Of a DNA stretch of 64,000 bases, positions 63,039 through 64,000 are shown in pieces. This DNA is from an uncultured Chloroflexia bacterium (GTDB taxonomy: Bacteria; Chloroflexota; Limnocylindria; Limnocylindrales; CSP1-4). The position numbers and the translations under genes are program-made. The stretch covers positions 160,001-224,000 of the forward strand of contig CAWEYL010000003.1 of NCBI GenBank assembly GCA_963813335.1, in the 5' to 3' direction. The notes beneath the pieces are model-generated. The model was not told the DNA's origin and did no database searches. It saw only the letters and a program-made list of their open reading frames with translations. Positions within the stretch are counted from its first letter, which is position 1; every line of letters starts with the position of its first letter.

Positions 63039-63867
63039 TCAGGTCGCCGGCGGCCAGTACCCCGGCAGCGGGTCCTCGCGGCCGTCGCCCCACACCTCCG
63101 GGCCGCAGAAGAACGGCCGCGCGCGGGGCGCTGGCAGGGATGCCGGATCCGCCCGCCAGGCGTCCAGCGTCGAGGCCAGCCAGGCCTCGATCTCGGCGAA
63201 CTCCGTCCAGCGCTGGAACGGCCAGCCCGCCTCGAGGCAGATGCGCACGAGCGATCGCTTCGCGAAGACGATGTCGCTGTAGCCGGCGGCGTAGCGGTCG
63301 CTCTCGCCGTCGCCGATGAACACGACCGCCCGGCCGGCGGCCTGGTGCTCGAGCACGCGCTGCCGCTTGCACGTCCCGCAGACCAGGCAGGTCGGATGGC
63401 CGTTCGGGATAGTCGATGCGGGCCCTGCGGCCCTGGAAGGTCGTCGTCGCGGTGACCACCGGGAGGTCGCCGACCCCGAGGGCGACCAGCGCCGGCTCGA
63501 TGAAGAACCCGAACCCGTCCGAGACGACCTCGACCGGGATCCCCGCTGCGATCGCGTGGCGCGCGAACGGCACGAACCCGGCGTCGTGGGGCTGGGCGGC
63601 GGCCACGTCGAACAGCGCGTCGGGGTCCGTGTCGACCATCGCCATCTCGAGGGTCATCAGCCGCCGCGACCCGATCAGCCCGGCGTCGTAGGCGACGACC
63701 TCCTGCTCCCAGTCGCCGTGCACGAACTCGGCCATGACCGTGTCGGAGACGTCGCTCAACGCGATCGTCCCGTCGTAGTCGACGAGGATGGCCAGCGGCG
63801 GGTCGCCCGGGGCGAGCGGCGCGACCGGCGGCCGGAGGCCCGGAGACCGGCCCGGCTCCGCGGTCAT
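63039..63867 (-). CDS. HAD-IB phosphatase (MtnX-like) with apparent +1 frameshift near 63407
   Basis: LVDYDGTI, VVSDG; after removing one base, YPNGHPTC..CGTCK...FIGDGESD...SDIVFAK. Confidence 0.85.
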
Positions 63868-64000
63868 GCGGCCGACCGCCGGGGTGCGGGTCGCCGCGAG
63901 GCCATCCGGGTCAGGGCGACCCCGCCGAGGATGATCGCGCCGCCGAGGACCTGGCCCAGCCGGATCGGCTCACCGAGGAACACGAAGGCGAGGACCACCG
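63864..64000 (-). CDS. EamA/DMT transporter C-terminus (5' part outside window)
   Basis: VVLAFVFLGEPIRLGQVLGGAIILGGVALTR; ATGA overlap with the HAD gene. Confidence 0.8.
   Translation of the reverse strand, partial: VVLAFVFLGEPIRLGQVLGGAIILGGVALTRMASRRPAPRRSAA

Overview
Very GC-rich bacterial chromosomal segment, mostly housekeeping genes. Gene content and the GAAC-N4-GTTC LexA boxes suggest a high-GC Chloroflexota (Limnocylindria-like) or similar monoderm; this is inference only. Core genes: lepA, rpsT, a ROK kinase-gap-pgk-eno cluster, udp, leuS, two tRNA-Ala, comEA-comEC-HD-holA, obgE-nadD-rsfS, rho, transaldolase, pyrG and a phd/vapC pair. An SOS mutagenesis cassette is split in two: imuA-imuB plus a separate ImuB-C-like gene, and dnaE2 about 3.8 kb away, each part behind its own LexA box. 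No CRISPR array, prophage, transposase or rRNA is visible. Four genes (dnaE2, an EamA, obgE, a HAD phosphatase) each carry one extra base, which looks like sequencing error. The least explained signals are: (i) long palindromic intergenic elements, including two homologous copies about 54 kb apart; (ii) a CGNR zinc-finger regulator facing a two-gene small-protein operon across twin TAACC-N18-GGTTA boxes; (iii) a surface LTD plus multi-OB-fold protein with no visible nuclease domain, upstream of udp; (iv) histone-like Ala/Lys/Pro tails on RpsT, Pgk and RsfS; (v) a ~200-aa insertion in DnaE2; (vi) a possible CTP-sensing pyrG start region. All product calls come from motif recognition by eye; no database searches were run.
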